NCBI GenBank assembly: GCA_964519985.1
Contig: CAZFMF010000011.1
Coordinates: 6,695-70,694 of the forward strand
Direction: 5' to 3'
Length of the DNA: 64,000 nucleotides
Origin: an uncultured Pseudobdellovibrionaceae bacterium
GTDB lineage: Bacteria > Bdellovibrionota > FAC87 > UBA2466
Under the pieces are notes generated by a model. That model was not told where the DNA came from, searched no databases, and saw only the letters and a list, made by a program, of their open reading frames with translations. Positions within the stretch are counted from its first letter, which is position 1, and each line of letters starts with the position of its first letter. This document shows positions 38,295-47,167 of this stretch, one piece after another. A program made the translations under genes and the position numbers.

Positions 38295-40228
38295 GTATCG
38301 CTAAATCATATGTTCTCTGTGTGGACGATGATCCCAGAAACCTCCTGGCTTTGAAGGCCGTACTCGCCAATGTGGGGGCCAATCTCGTCATGGCCCGTTC
38401 CGGAGCCGAGGCGCTTGAAGCAGCCGGGGAACGTGAGTTTGCGGTGATTCTCCTCGACGTCATGATGCCCGACATGGACGGGATCGAGACGGCAAAACGG
38501 CTTCGCGAACTGGAAAACGCGAAGCATAGCCCGATCGTATTCGTTACCGCCTACCCATTGGATGAGATGCGAACCTTTCGCGGTTATGCCTTGGGCGCCG
38601 TAGATTACATCCACAAACCAATTGGTACGGAAATTCTACAGTCTAAAGTTCGGGCATTCGTTCAACTCTTCGAGCTCCGTGAGCAGGTTAAAGAGCAGGC
38701 GATCAATGAGATGCGGCAACGTTGGGAAACGATGCGCCTTCGGGAAGAGTTTGAACGTGAGGCGTTACTTCATCTTTTCGTCGATAATGTAAAAGATTAC
38801 GGCGTTTTTTTTATCGATCCTGAAGGAGGCATCCACAACTGGAACCCGGCGTGCGAAAGTATCTTTGGATATCAGGAATCGGAAATTCTGGGGCGGGATT
38901 TTTCGACTATCTTCGTACCCGAAGATGTGAATAAGAGGGTGCACCTTTTGGAGCTTGAAAAAGCGAAAGAAAAAGGTCGAGCGGAGGATGAGCGATGGCA
39001 TCTGCGGAAAGACGGCACACGTTTTTGGGCGGACGGAGTGGTGACCCCGCTAAGAGACAAGAATGGAGAGCTACGAGGATTTTGTAAGCTGGTGCGTGAC
39101 AATACTCGGCGGAAAGAGTGGGAGGAGACACTTAAAAGAAGTGAAGATCGCTTTAGAATGGCGGTCGACTCCGCGCGATTAGGCACGTGGGACTACGATC
39201 CGAAGACGGGTAGCCTCGAGTGGTCCGATCGGGCGAAAGAGCTAGCCGGCCTCCCCGAGAATTCCACGGTAACTTACGAAACCTTTCTAGCTTCACTACA
39301 CCCTGAAGATCGCCCTCGCGTCGAGCAAAGAATAGCAGAAGCCCTGAGCGGAAAAGCCGACGGGCAATACGCGATTGAGTACCGAACGGTGGGTTTAGTC
39401 GATAAGATCATGCGGTGGCTCTATGTAAGGGGGAAAGTTTACACGGACGAGCAAGGCCTACCCACTCGTTTCATTGGAACGGTGATGGACATTACCGATG
39501 AAAAAAGAGCGGAAGAAGAACGAACGGCACTGATCGATAGCCTTAAGGGCTCGAATCGAGAGCTGGAAAGTTTTGCTTCTACGGCCTCGCATGATCTCCA
39601 GGAGCCACTCCGAATGATCTCTATGTATCTTTCGCTTCTCGAACGTCGCTTTCAAGGAAGATTGGGAGAAGACGAAAAAGAATACATGCATTCGGTTGTG
39701 AATGCCTCAGATAGAATGAAGCGTCTCACAACGGATCTACTTAGTTATTCGAGGCTATTCGGTGAGAAAATCGACTCAGGGCCAGTAGACCTGAACTCCG
39801 CGCTGGAGAAGGCTCTGGAGAATCTAAGTCTGGCGATTGAGGAAAGTGGCGCCAGAATTACGCGAGACCGACTCCCAATGATTCGCGGGAACGGCACGCA
39901 GTTAGTCCAGCTTTTCCAAAATCTTATCTCGAACGCAATCAAGTACCAAACGAGAAAATCCCTTCCGGAAATTTCTATATCGGCAATGCGACAAGACCAA
40001 CAATGGATAATTGCAGTTAAAGACAATGGTATAGGTTTCGATATGGAGCACTCCGGGAAGATTTTTGACGTCTTTCAACGTCTTCATTCCCGCACGGAAT
40101 ATGCTGGATCAGGACTTGGTCTCTCCACTTGTAGAAAAATCGTGGAGCATCATCAGGGAAGAATCTGGGCGGAGTCAGCGCCAGCCGATGGCTCGACATT
40201 TTACGTTGCCCTTCCCGTTTCCGAGTGA
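38291..40228 (+). CDS. Response-regulator/sensor histidine kinase hybrid (REC-PAS-PAS-HisKA-HATPase_c)
   Basis: REC (VLCVDDDPRN..ILLDVMMPDMDG). Two PAS blocks. H-box ASHDLQEPLRMI. ATP-binding GSGLGLSTCRKIVEHHQG. Confidence 0.9.
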   Translation: MSIAKSYVLCVDDDPRNLLALKAVLANVGANLVMARSGAEALEAAGEREFAVILLDVMMPDMDGIETAKRLRELENAKHSPIVFVTAYPLDEMRTFRGYALGAVDYIHKPIGTEILQSKVRAFVQLFELREQVKEQAINEMRQRWETMRLREEFEREALLHLFVDNVKDYGVFFIDPEGGIHNWNPACESIFGYQESEILGRDFSTIFVPEDVNKRVHLLELEKAKEKGRAEDERWHLRKDGTRFWADGVVTPLRDKNGELRGFCKLVRDNTRRKEWEETLKRSEDRFRMAVDSARLGTWDYDPKTGSLEWSDRAKELAGLPENSTVTYETFLASLHPEDRPRVEQRIAEALSGKADGQYAIEYRTVGLVDKIMRWLYVRGKVYTDEQGLPTRFIGTVMDITDEKRAEEERTALIDSLKGSNRELESFASTASHDLQEPLRMISMYLSLLERRFQGRLGEDEKEYMHSVVNASDRMKRLTTDLLSYSRLFGEKIDSGPVDLNSALEKALENLSLAIEESGARITRDRLPMIRGNGTQLVQLFQNLISNAIKYQTRKSLPEISISAMRQDQQWIIAVKDNGIGFDMEHSGKIFDVFQRLHSRTEYAGSGLGLSTCRKIVEHHQGRIWAESAPADGSTFYVALPVSE

Positions 40229-40274
40229 CGGCACGGGACCGAATCTTCCCATTGCTTTCGAACGAGGTAGTAAG

Positions 40275-40298
40275 CGCCACTCCGGCGCCGGAGTGGCG
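40275..40298. repeat. REP-like palindrome, extended 24-bp form CGCCACTCCGGCGCCGGAGTGGCG (copy 5), after the histidine kinase stop and before ung
   Basis: Exact 16-mer core with a 4-bp perfectly complementary extension on each side. Confidence 0.8.
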
Positions 40299-40368
40299 AT
40301 TCGGCAGGGTGCCGCGCCGCGATTCCTTCGCTTGTCGGGTCACCATCCACGGCGCTATACCGGAATTC

Positions 40369-41079
40369 ATGAATGAAACGTCCGGCACCGCGCGATTTCC
40401 CCAGAACCTTCCGCCCCAATGGCGTAGCCACCTCTCGGCGGAGGCGGAAAAGGACTACTTCACCGGGCTAACCCGATTCCTGCGTTCGGAATACCAGAGC
40501 GGAAAGAAGATCTTTCCATCGCGCGATCACATTTTGCGGGCGCTGCAGGCAATTGATTACGATCGGGTGAAGGTCGTCATCCTGGGACAGGATCCCTATC
40601 ACGGCGATGGTCAGGCGATTGGCCTTTGTTTCGCCGTTCCAAATTCCTTAAAGCCCAAGCCACCGAGCCTGATGAACATCTTCAAGGAGATTACTTCCGA
40701 TCTCGGCAAGCCGGTAAACCCGCAAGAGTCGGAACTTTCCCACTGGGTGGATCAAGGGGTTTTGCTCCTCAATACCGTGCTTTCCGTTCGCCAGGGACAA
40801 GCGCACTCGCACAAGGAAAAAGGTTGGGAGTGCTTTACCGACCGAGTCATCACCCTGCTCAACGAACGCGAAAAGCCCTTGGTCTTTATCCTTTGGGGCT
40901 CGCCGGCTCGGAAGAAAAAAGCCCTGATCACCAATCCCAAGCACCGCATCTTGGAATCGGCTCACCCTTCTCCCCTTTCGGCTTACGCGGGCTTCTTCGG
41001 TAGCCGTCCCTTTTCCCGCGCCAATGCGATTCTGGAAAGCTGGGGCGAGACGCCGATCGACTGGGAAATCACGCGCTAA
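40369..41079 (+). CDS. ung: Uracil-DNA glycosylase, family 1 (Ung)
   Basis: Catalytic water-activating motif VVILGQDPYHGDGQAIGLCFAV. HPSPLSA motif. N-terminal W..L..E..YF..L. Start placed at 40369 (MNETSG..). The track ORF starts at a GTG at 40225, but that extension contains the intergenic palindrome at 40279-40294. Confidence 0.9.
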   Translation: MNETSGTARFPQNLPPQWRSHLSAEAEKDYFTGLTRFLRSEYQSGKKIFPSRDHILRALQAIDYDRVKVVILGQDPYHGDGQAIGLCFAVPNSLKPKPPSLMNIFKEITSDLGKPVNPQESELSHWVDQGVLLLNTVLSVRQGQAHSHKEKGWECFTDRVITLLNEREKPLVFILWGSPARKKKALITNPKHRILESAHPSPLSAYAGFFGSRPFSRANAILESWGETPIDWEITR

Positions 41080-41188
41080 CGGTCCCCTTCTGACACCGCC
41101 CCTCGGCAAAAGATCCCAACTCGCCACCACCCTTCGTGCCTGAAGTCGGTGGCAAGTCTTTTGCTCTACCACCCCTCGGGGAGGGCCA

Positions 41189-42058
41189 ATGCCTAAGAAC
41201 AAAAGTTCACGGTTTGGGTTCGAGTTTGGATTTGAGTTTGGGAAAGTCGCACTATTGGGACTTCACTTGGTGGGGACGGCGCAACTGCTGGCGGAAGTCG
41301 CGGGGACGTCGTCCGCGGAAGTGACCGCACCGACGAGTAAAGCGGTAGCGGGCGTCGATATTCGCCCGTCGTGGGATCCGGCAACGGGGGTGCTGCGCTC
41401 AGAAGACTCGGTGGAGTTGGGGTACCAGTTTCGTCCGGGACGGCAGGTGACTTACGTTCAGGCGTTCAATACCCATTTAACGACTCCGGGGTCGGAACAA
41501 CGCTTCGGTTCCAAGCTAGACCGCGGCTATATCCGAACGTCGCTCAGCAAGCTTGCCGAGGACGCATCGTTGGGACTGAGTCTCAGTTACCAAAACCGAA
41601 TTTATCTGCCGACCGCCGACTATGATCAGGCGGCCGGCATGATCACCTTGGTACGTAACTACGTTACGCTTACCAAGGTGATTTCGGATCGGGTCTCGGT
41701 TTCGCTCGTGGAAATGCCTATTCTGCAAGCGTATAGCCGCGCGGGCACGGTAGGGGCGACGGGAGCGTCGGCAAACTCGATCTTCGAAAACCGGGTTTAT
41801 CTCATCGGATATTTCAAACTCAGTTCGAAGTTCTCGCTCTCGGTACCGCTGATGTTCCACCAAACCCGCTACGCGGATTTTCAGGCGGGGGCGAAGAACA
41901 ATGCGGCGTGGACGCTGTTTCTGTGGACGTATCCAGAACTCACCTACAGCCTCACCGACACCACTTCGCTAGGGCTTGCCTATTACAGCGGAGACTTGCT
42001 GAAGGCGGAGGGGTGGAAAACGGGGACGTTCCAGTTTGCCGTGACCGCCTATCTTTAA
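41189..42058 (+). CDS. Hypothetical exported/outer-membrane protein (C-terminal aromatic residue, beta-strand-rich)
   Basis: 289 aa ending FQFAVTAYL, consistent with a beta-barrel terminal signature. The N-terminus has an FGFEFGFEFG tandem repeat, so the start is uncertain. Confidence 0.35.
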   Translation: MPKNKSSRFGFEFGFEFGKVALLGLHLVGTAQLLAEVAGTSSAEVTAPTSKAVAGVDIRPSWDPATGVLRSEDSVELGYQFRPGRQVTYVQAFNTHLTTPGSEQRFGSKLDRGYIRTSLSKLAEDASLGLSLSYQNRIYLPTADYDQAAGMITLVRNYVTLTKVISDRVSVSLVEMPILQAYSRAGTVGATGASANSIFENRVYLIGYFKLSSKFSLSVPLMFHQTRYADFQAGAKNNAAWTLFLWTYPELTYSLTDTTSLGLAYYSGDLLKAEGWKTGTFQFAVTAYL

Positions 42059-42107
42059 AGACTTAAGGGGGACGATGACCACGCTGGGCGCCTCTTGCCC
42101 GGCGTGG

Positions 42108-43604
42108 TTATTTGACTGGAACGTAATAGCATTTCCCGGTGGCTTTGTTGCAAACTCTTCGGGTCGCCCGAGTGGGGACCGGGGCTCCGACTTGCGGAAC
42201 CCGACATCCCGCACCACTACAAGCGGGAACGGCGACCTGCGGAACGCCACAAGCCCCGCCTTGGCAAACAGGTTGGACGGTCGTCGAATGGCTTTGGGCG
42301 GATTTCTGGACGGACTGCTCTTCGAGCCGTTTCTGATAATAGCTTTCCGTGCCGGGCTCACTGAGAATTTGCCCCAGCCCAATCGCCGGGGACTGACTCG
42401 AGAGGGACCAACCATCGGGCGCGCTCGCCGTCGGTGATTTTGTCACCGTGGCGCTCATATAGACCGTACCCGAATCACCGCTTACCCGCGCAATCTCCTG
42501 CCGGTAGAAAGCCGAATAGTCTTTGCCCCTTTCCGTATTGGCCAATTTGGACTCCGCATGCCTAAAGAAATCCTCCACCTCGCGCACATCCCGAAACTGA
42601 AGTGGAACCCCATCCTTGCCCGTGAAGTATTTCGAGGGGATGGAATGCAGCTGGGACATTGCGGAAGGCGGGCCGGCCACCGTCATCACCGCGGATGGGT
42701 TACGCGCACTCACCGCCCAGTTGCCCCAGGACGTCGGCCTCCCAAATTTTTCTACCATTTTTGGATCGTTGGGAGCCCCAGCCCTGACCCAATCATTGAA
42801 TTGCTTCATGTGCGGTAAAGAAGTGCCCTCCCAATGCTCACCGAAAGCTCGAGTAAACGCGTCATTGGGAAGGAGACGGGCTTGAAGGTTTTTCGTGAAC
42901 AGCGCCTTCTCTTTGGTCGCCGCTTTTTCAAAATATTCGGAAAGCGCGTAGCTGCCCGCTTTCGTCTTCAATGTCGTGGCGAGTTCTTGGCGATCGCGTA
43001 GCGTGGACATCAGCTCCGACATCGCGCGGCCGGCCCCAGCGGGGTCCGCTTTAAGGAGATTTTGAATTTTCTGTAGTCGCAACGCCGCCGCATCGGCGCT
43101 CTCCCCCGTGCGCGCCGCAATTTCTTTGGCGGCGAGTCCGTGCTGCCGGGTGTTTCCTTGAATCAATTCCTCGGTTCCCTTGGGAAGATTCCCGGCTTTG
43201 ATCGCCTTGATGTTTTCCTTAAAAAACCTACCGAAGTCTTTTTGGTAGGTATAGATATTCGACAACGCTTTCGCGTCACTCCCGACAAGTTTTTGCACCT
43301 CATCGAGTTTTCCGCTCTCGAGCGCTTGCTTCAGATCGGGGTGCTCCTCCAAACCGCTCAAGTCCCCCTTAGGATCCGCGATGGTTTTTTTCGCCCATTC
43401 GGCCGATTTCCGCTTCAGCGCTTCAAGCTTCTGACGCTCCACTTCTTCGGCTGAAGGCGCCGCATTACGGTCGACCGTGGTGGTGTTTGGGCCGGTGGGC
43501 TCGCTCCCATAGTTCGCTTCGGGTTCAGCGTGCTTCTTTTCATCGGCCGTCGCGCTTAGCGCAATGCATAAAAAAAAGGCAAAGAAGATTGGAACGGATC
43601 TCAT
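42108..43604 (-). CDS. Secreted hypothetical protein with a Cys-rich C-terminus
   Basis: Signal peptide MRSVPIFFAFFLCIALSATA. Lys/Glu-rich helical body. C-terminal CQGGACGVPQVAVPACSGAGCRVPQV..CNKATGKCYYVPVK. Confidence 0.45.
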   Translation of the reverse strand: MRSVPIFFAFFLCIALSATADEKKHAEPEANYGSEPTGPNTTTVDRNAAPSAEEVERQKLEALKRKSAEWAKKTIADPKGDLSGLEEHPDLKQALESGKLDEVQKLVGSDAKALSNIYTYQKDFGRFFKENIKAIKAGNLPKGTEELIQGNTRQHGLAAKEIAARTGESADAAALRLQKIQNLLKADPAGAGRAMSELMSTLRDRQELATTLKTKAGSYALSEYFEKAATKEKALFTKNLQARLLPNDAFTRAFGEHWEGTSLPHMKQFNDWVRAGAPNDPKMVEKFGRPTSWGNWAVSARNPSAVMTVAGPPSAMSQLHSIPSKYFTGKDGVPLQFRDVREVEDFFRHAESKLANTERGKDYSAFYRQEIARVSGDSGTVYMSATVTKSPTASAPDGWSLSSQSPAIGLGQILSEPGTESYYQKRLEEQSVQKSAQSHSTTVQPVCQGGACGVPQVAVPACSGAGCRVPQVGAPVPTRATRRVCNKATGKCYYVPVK

Positions 43605-43635
43605 TCCCGCATTGTAACACCCGCCACGAAGCGGT

Positions 43636-44514
43636 TCAGCGATCCCATCGCGTTTGGACGAGCAGGCTCACCGACCGCGAGAGCGGAACGCCGCGAGACG
43701 GCAAAAGCGTCGCATCCGAATAGAGCGCCCCCACGGAAAGCGTTTCGGCGGCGAGATAGGAAAGCTGGGCGGTAATGGGAGCGGAAAACTGGCTCGAACT
43801 CGCGGCCGTGATCAAACCCGTAGTCCGCACCGGCCCTTCGAAAACCGCCGAGAGCATTAAACCAAACCGAAAATCCTCGTAGCTCCATCCCCCGCCGAAC
43901 GAAACCGAGGCCCCAAGCGCCGGCGCCAGGTGCAGTGTACCGGCCGACGTTTCCCAATCGCGCGCGATCGGCTGATGCGCTTCACCCAGCAAAACCGCAT
44001 CCCAGCTTCCCCAGGTTTTTTGCGCCAGCGCCCCGAGTGTGAGTGTCCAGTAGCCGCGACCGAGAGCATCGACTTGGTAGAGCGAAGCGGAATGAAAGGG
44101 GGCGCGCCCAGTGGGCAGCGTGACGCTCGCGAAAGCCACCACCTTTGGTTTCCAGCGCGAATAACTCCAGAGCGGAACGGCTTCATAACCCACCATCAAA
44201 CCCGCATCGCCGAGACCGAGCGCTTCGGCCGAGGAACCATTGCGCGATCGCGCCCGCCGCGCGACGGGAACGCTCACCCCCAGTTGCCAACGATCGGAAA
44301 TCAACGTCGCAAAATCCAGCCGCAAAGTTTGGCGCGTTTCCGAATCACCGGCGCCGCGGGGAACAAAAGCGCCTACGTCGGAAGCTTCGCCCACTACGCT
44401 TGCCAATAGCGTGGTGGCGGTGAGCTGCATCCGCTCATCGCCCGAGATCAGCGCCGGAAAAAGATTACCGGACCCGCAGCAGGCGGCGGCTAATAGCAGC
44501 CGGGGAGCCGTCAT
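43636..44514 (-). CDS. Putative outer-membrane beta-barrel protein
   Basis: Start moved to MTAPRLLLAAACCGS (signal-like). The first ~34 codons of the track ORF (to 44616) are translated from a dispersed MITE-like repeat copy and are probably not coding. Confidence 0.35.
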   Translation of the reverse strand: MTAPRLLLAAACCGSGNLFPALISGDERMQLTATTLLASVVGEASDVGAFVPRGAGDSETRQTLRLDFATLISDRWQLGVSVPVARRARSRNGSSAEALGLGDAGLMVGYEAVPLWSYSRWKPKVVAFASVTLPTGRAPFHSASLYQVDALGRGYWTLTLGALAQKTWGSWDAVLLGEAHQPIARDWETSAGTLHLAPALGASVSFGGGWSYEDFRFGLMLSAVFEGPVRTTGLITAASSSQFSAPITAQLSYLAAETLSVGALYSDATLLPSRGVPLSRSVSLLVQTRWDR

Positions 44515-44555
44515 GGCCAGCCCTATCGCAACGGCGACCGCGCGGCTTCGCCGTG

Positions 44556-44612
44556 TGGGATTGCTTCGGGCCTGAAGGCGCTCGCAATGACGGAAAGCTC
44601 GCAAAGACTGTT
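44556..44612. repeat. MITE-like dispersed repeat, partial copy C (TTGCTTCGGGCCTG..GCGCTCGCAATGACGG)
   Basis: Matches the right arm of copy A. Lies in the gap between the lipoprotein gene and the outer-membrane protein gene. Confidence 0.6.
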
Positions 44613-45107
44613 TCACTGGACCACGAGATCGATGGAGCTGCGATCCGCGGCGGGACCTTTGCCCAATTGGATATAAAGGATGTACTCACCCGGAGCCAGG
44701 CGAATATCCTCCGCCCGATAGGCCCCACCGATTTCCCGTAAGTCGAGATTGGTGACCGTTTTACAACACTTCATCACGACGAATGCCTGTGGCGGAGCGT
44801 GAGGGGCCACGGCAGTGCGGGTCGCATCCGCTTTCGGCCAGAATCGGACTTCAAACGCGGCCGGTTGATCCGCCGTAATCGGCGCATCCCATTGGATATC
44901 GCCCGAGAGCGCAGCCACCTTAAAACTCAAGTCGGGTGCACGATAGGCCGGCGTCGCGCCTTCGACGACCTTCGGCGCCCCGGCTTCCGTCGAGACCGGC
45001 GCCGGAGCGACCGGAAAATCGATGCTATCGCGATGAGCGATTTTCTCCCCCCCGCAACCTAAGAACAGCAAAAGTCCGAGGACAAAAAACGAGATAGGCC
45101 GCTTCAT
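44613..45107 (-). CDS. Lipoprotein, function unknown
   Basis: Start at MKRPISFFVLGLLLFLGCGG (lipobox LFLGC) with a GGAGA ribosome-binding site. The track ORF begins at 45188. Confidence 0.45.
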   Translation of the reverse strand: MKRPISFFVLGLLLFLGCGGEKIAHRDSIDFPVAPAPVSTEAGAPKVVEGATPAYRAPDLSFKVAALSGDIQWDAPITADQPAAFEVRFWPKADATRTAVAPHAPPQAFVVMKCCKTVTNLDLREIGGAYRAEDIRLAPGEYILYIQLGKGPAADRSSIDLVVQ

Positions 45108-45108
45108 C

Positions 45109-45624
45109 TTATCTCCTAATCGCGCAACCCACCGCGCGCGCTTCCGCTTTGGCGACTTTACGGCCGGCCAGTACATCGCCCAAGGCATCCCGCAAATAGT
45201 GCCGATTAGCCCGCTCTACGTCACGACTATCATCTACACCGCCGCGATAGACAACCTCGCCTTGGGCGATCACGAAAGCGTGGGGCGTGTTCAATGCGTC
45301 AAACGCATCGGCCCAGGCGTGCTCCCTTTCGGCGATCACCGGAAAGGGCAAACTGCCGTTGCGAAAATGCGCCGGCGCATCGGGCGCGTCGCCCGACACC
45401 ACGCCCAAAAAGCGCACCCTCGGATTTTGCTGGGCCAAAGTGGCCAACGCCGACTCGTGACCACGAGAACAGGGGCAAGACGGGGATAAAAAAACGACCA
45501 CGCTGGGTCCGGCCTGCGCGCTCCAACTCAGCGCTTTTCCGTTGCGCAGGTCGATGCCGCTAAAATCCAACGGCACCGCGTGCGCGGACAGCACCGTGGT
45601 GATCGCGAGCAGCAGAAGTCTCAT
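45109..45624 (-). CDS. Thioredoxin-fold (redoxin/TlpA-like) periplasmic protein
   Basis: Signal peptide MRLLLLAITTVLSAHA. Redox-cysteine region VVFLSPSCPCSRGHESAL. The start ATG overlaps the stop of the upstream epimerase gene (ATGA). Confidence 0.5.
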   Translation of the reverse strand: MRLLLLAITTVLSAHAVPLDFSGIDLRNGKALSWSAQAGPSVVVFLSPSCPCSRGHESALATLAQQNPRVRFLGVVSGDAPDAPAHFRNGSLPFPVIAEREHAWADAFDALNTPHAFVIAQGEVVYRGGVDDSRDVERANRHYLRDALGDVLAGRKVAKAEARAVGCAIRR

Positions 45625-46526
45625 CCCCCGGTTTCCTCGAGCCATTGCACGTAGTCCTTCACCGCGGCGGTAAAGCCCCACTGGGCTTCAAACCCTAACC
45701 GCGCTTTGGCTAATGCGATATCCGCGTGGGTATTGCCCTGGTACGTCGCGGTGTCATAGGGCATCGGAAAATATTCGGGCTTCAGCGAACGCCCCATCGC
45801 TTCGCTCAGCGCCGCGACGAGCTCATTAAACGTCGTCGCCACTCCGGAACCGACGTTGTAAACGCCGCTGGGTGCCGTCAGTGCCGCCAGATTCGCGCGC
45901 ACGACATCTTTGACGTAGATGAAGTCGCGCTTTTGCTCGCCCCACTCAAAGATTCGAGGGGGCTTTCCGGCTTTCACTTGCCGGTACAGGTGGTAAACCA
46001 TCGAAGCCGCCCGCCCCTTCGCGGCTTCCCGTGGGCCGAAAACATTGAAATACCGCAATCCGATGACGTCCGCTTCACGGCCGTAACGCAACGCAATTTC
46101 GTCCATCTGCCATTTCGATCTTCCGTAAGCGGTCAGCAGATGCTTTTCCTGGTCTTCGCGCATCGGCGTCGGACCGTTGCCGTACAGACCCGCGGTGGAA
46201 GCGTAAACGAGCCGGCACTTTGCCTTCAAACTGATATCGAGCAGGCGCTGAAACCCCGCGACATTTTTTTCGAGGACTTCGGCGTCATTCGGGTGGCGGG
46301 GATCGGTGATGTCACCATGGTGAAAGACCGCATCCCAAGGCCCTTCGGCGGCAAAAGCTTGGGTCACATCGGCCTCGATCAGACGGCCGCGAAAGCCGGC
46401 CAGGTTTGCCCGCGACCCCGTCTTAAAGGAGTCGACGGCCACCACTTCCGCGCCCTGCGCTTCGAGCTCCAAAACCAGATTCGAGCCGATGAAACCCGAA
46501 CCGCCGGAAACCAAATATCTGGGCAT
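45621..46526 (-). CDS. hldD: NAD-dependent epimerase/dehydratase, ADP-L-glycero-D-manno-heptose-6-epimerase-like
   Basis: Rossmann motif VSGGSGFIGSNL. Catalytic YxxxK region (YGRSKWQMDE). About 300 aa, typical of HldD/RfaD. The exact specificity is inferred. Confidence 0.7.
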   Translation of the reverse strand: MPRYLVSGGSGFIGSNLVLELEAQGAEVVAVDSFKTGSRANLAGFRGRLIEADVTQAFAAEGPWDAVFHHGDITDPRHPNDAEVLEKNVAGFQRLLDISLKAKCRLVYASTAGLYGNGPTPMREDQEKHLLTAYGRSKWQMDEIALRYGREADVIGLRYFNVFGPREAAKGRAASMVYHLYRQVKAGKPPRIFEWGEQKRDFIYVKDVVRANLAALTAPSGVYNVGSGVATTFNELVAALSEAMGRSLKPEYFPMPYDTATYQGNTHADIALAKARLGFEAQWGFTAAVKDYVQWLEETGG

Positions 46527-46729
46527 AACCCTCTGCTATCACATCGAAATCCCGATGCAAAGGCCATCGCCGACGGGTGTCCACTGCCTGTACACGCTAA
46601 CCCATTGAAAACAGGGCCGTTGCCCCTCGCGCGGAAAAACCCCCGTGAGCGGGCAGTCAAAAAGCCATTCAACACCCTGCGTAAACCGCAGGCCTCTGAC
46701 TTGCAAAATAGCGAGGTAGGGAGACACCA

Positions 46730-46990
46730 ATGAAACTCAACCAGGCTTTCTACTTCGTGACGCTTCTCACCTTGGCGACGCTTCCTGTGCTCGCGGAGCA
46801 AAAGGAAAACAAGCAAGCGAACTGCGAACTGCGGCTAGTTAGCAGCGCCGGAGCCGGCGAGATTTTCATGTCGATCTTCACCCGCAACGAAGAGGAATGC
46901 CTCTCGAAATCGGACCAAACCGTGGAAGCCAAATTCCATAAACGCAGCAATCTCGTTATCAAGCGCGGCGGCGCTGGTCCCCAGCAGTAA
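46730..46990 (+). CDS. Small secreted hypothetical protein
   Basis: Signal peptide MKLNQAFYFVTLLTLATLPVLA. 86 aa. Ends just before a MITE-like repeat. Confidence 0.3.
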   Translation: MKLNQAFYFVTLLTLATLPVLAEQKENKQANCELRLVSSAGAGEIFMSIFTRNEEECLSKSDQTVEAKFHKRSNLVIKRGGAGPQQ

Positions 46991-46992
46991 CT

Positions 46993-47129
46993 GTGTTGCT
47001 GCGAGCGTAGCTTGGCAGCCCCGCATCGCTTCGTCATTCCGAGCGTAGCGAAGGAATCCCGCATCGCTTCGCGATGCGAGGTTGCTTCGGGCCTGGCGGC
47101 CCTCGCAATGACGGCCCTCGCAATGACGG
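46993..47129. repeat. MITE-like dispersed repeat (GTCATTCCGAGCGTAGCGAAGGAATCCCGCATCGC core, with two terminal CCTCGCAATGACGG units), copy A
   Basis: Shares motifs of more than 25 nt with the copy at 63688-63800 and partially with 44560-44612. Contains the internal palindrome GCATCGCTTCGCGATGC. Confidence 0.75.
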
Positions 47130-47167
47130 AACTTGCCCTAAATCCGAGCAAAAGCTAATCTCCGGGC

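Noticed and set aside
40225-40368. N-terminal extension of ung from the GTG at 40225, overlapping the histidine kinase stop
   Set aside because: The extension contains the 24-bp intergenic REP-like palindrome. Family-1 Ung N-termini align from the ATG at 40369.
40648-41202. 184-aa minus-strand ORF across ung
   Set aside because: Antisense to ung, which carries the diagnostic GQDPYHG and HPSPLS motifs.
41189-41260. Tandem FGFEFGFEFG-coding repeat (gagtttgg x2) at the 5' end of the 41189 ORF, considered as a phase-variable tract
   Set aside because: Only two units, with no homopolymer or long SSR. It is more likely part of an uncertain N-terminus.
43636-44616. Full-length track ORF for the outer-membrane protein including MKQSLRAFRHCERLQARSNPTRR..
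   Set aside because: Its first ~34 codons are encoded by a copy of the dispersed MITE-like repeat. The start was moved to the signal-peptide-like MTAPRLLLAAACCGS.
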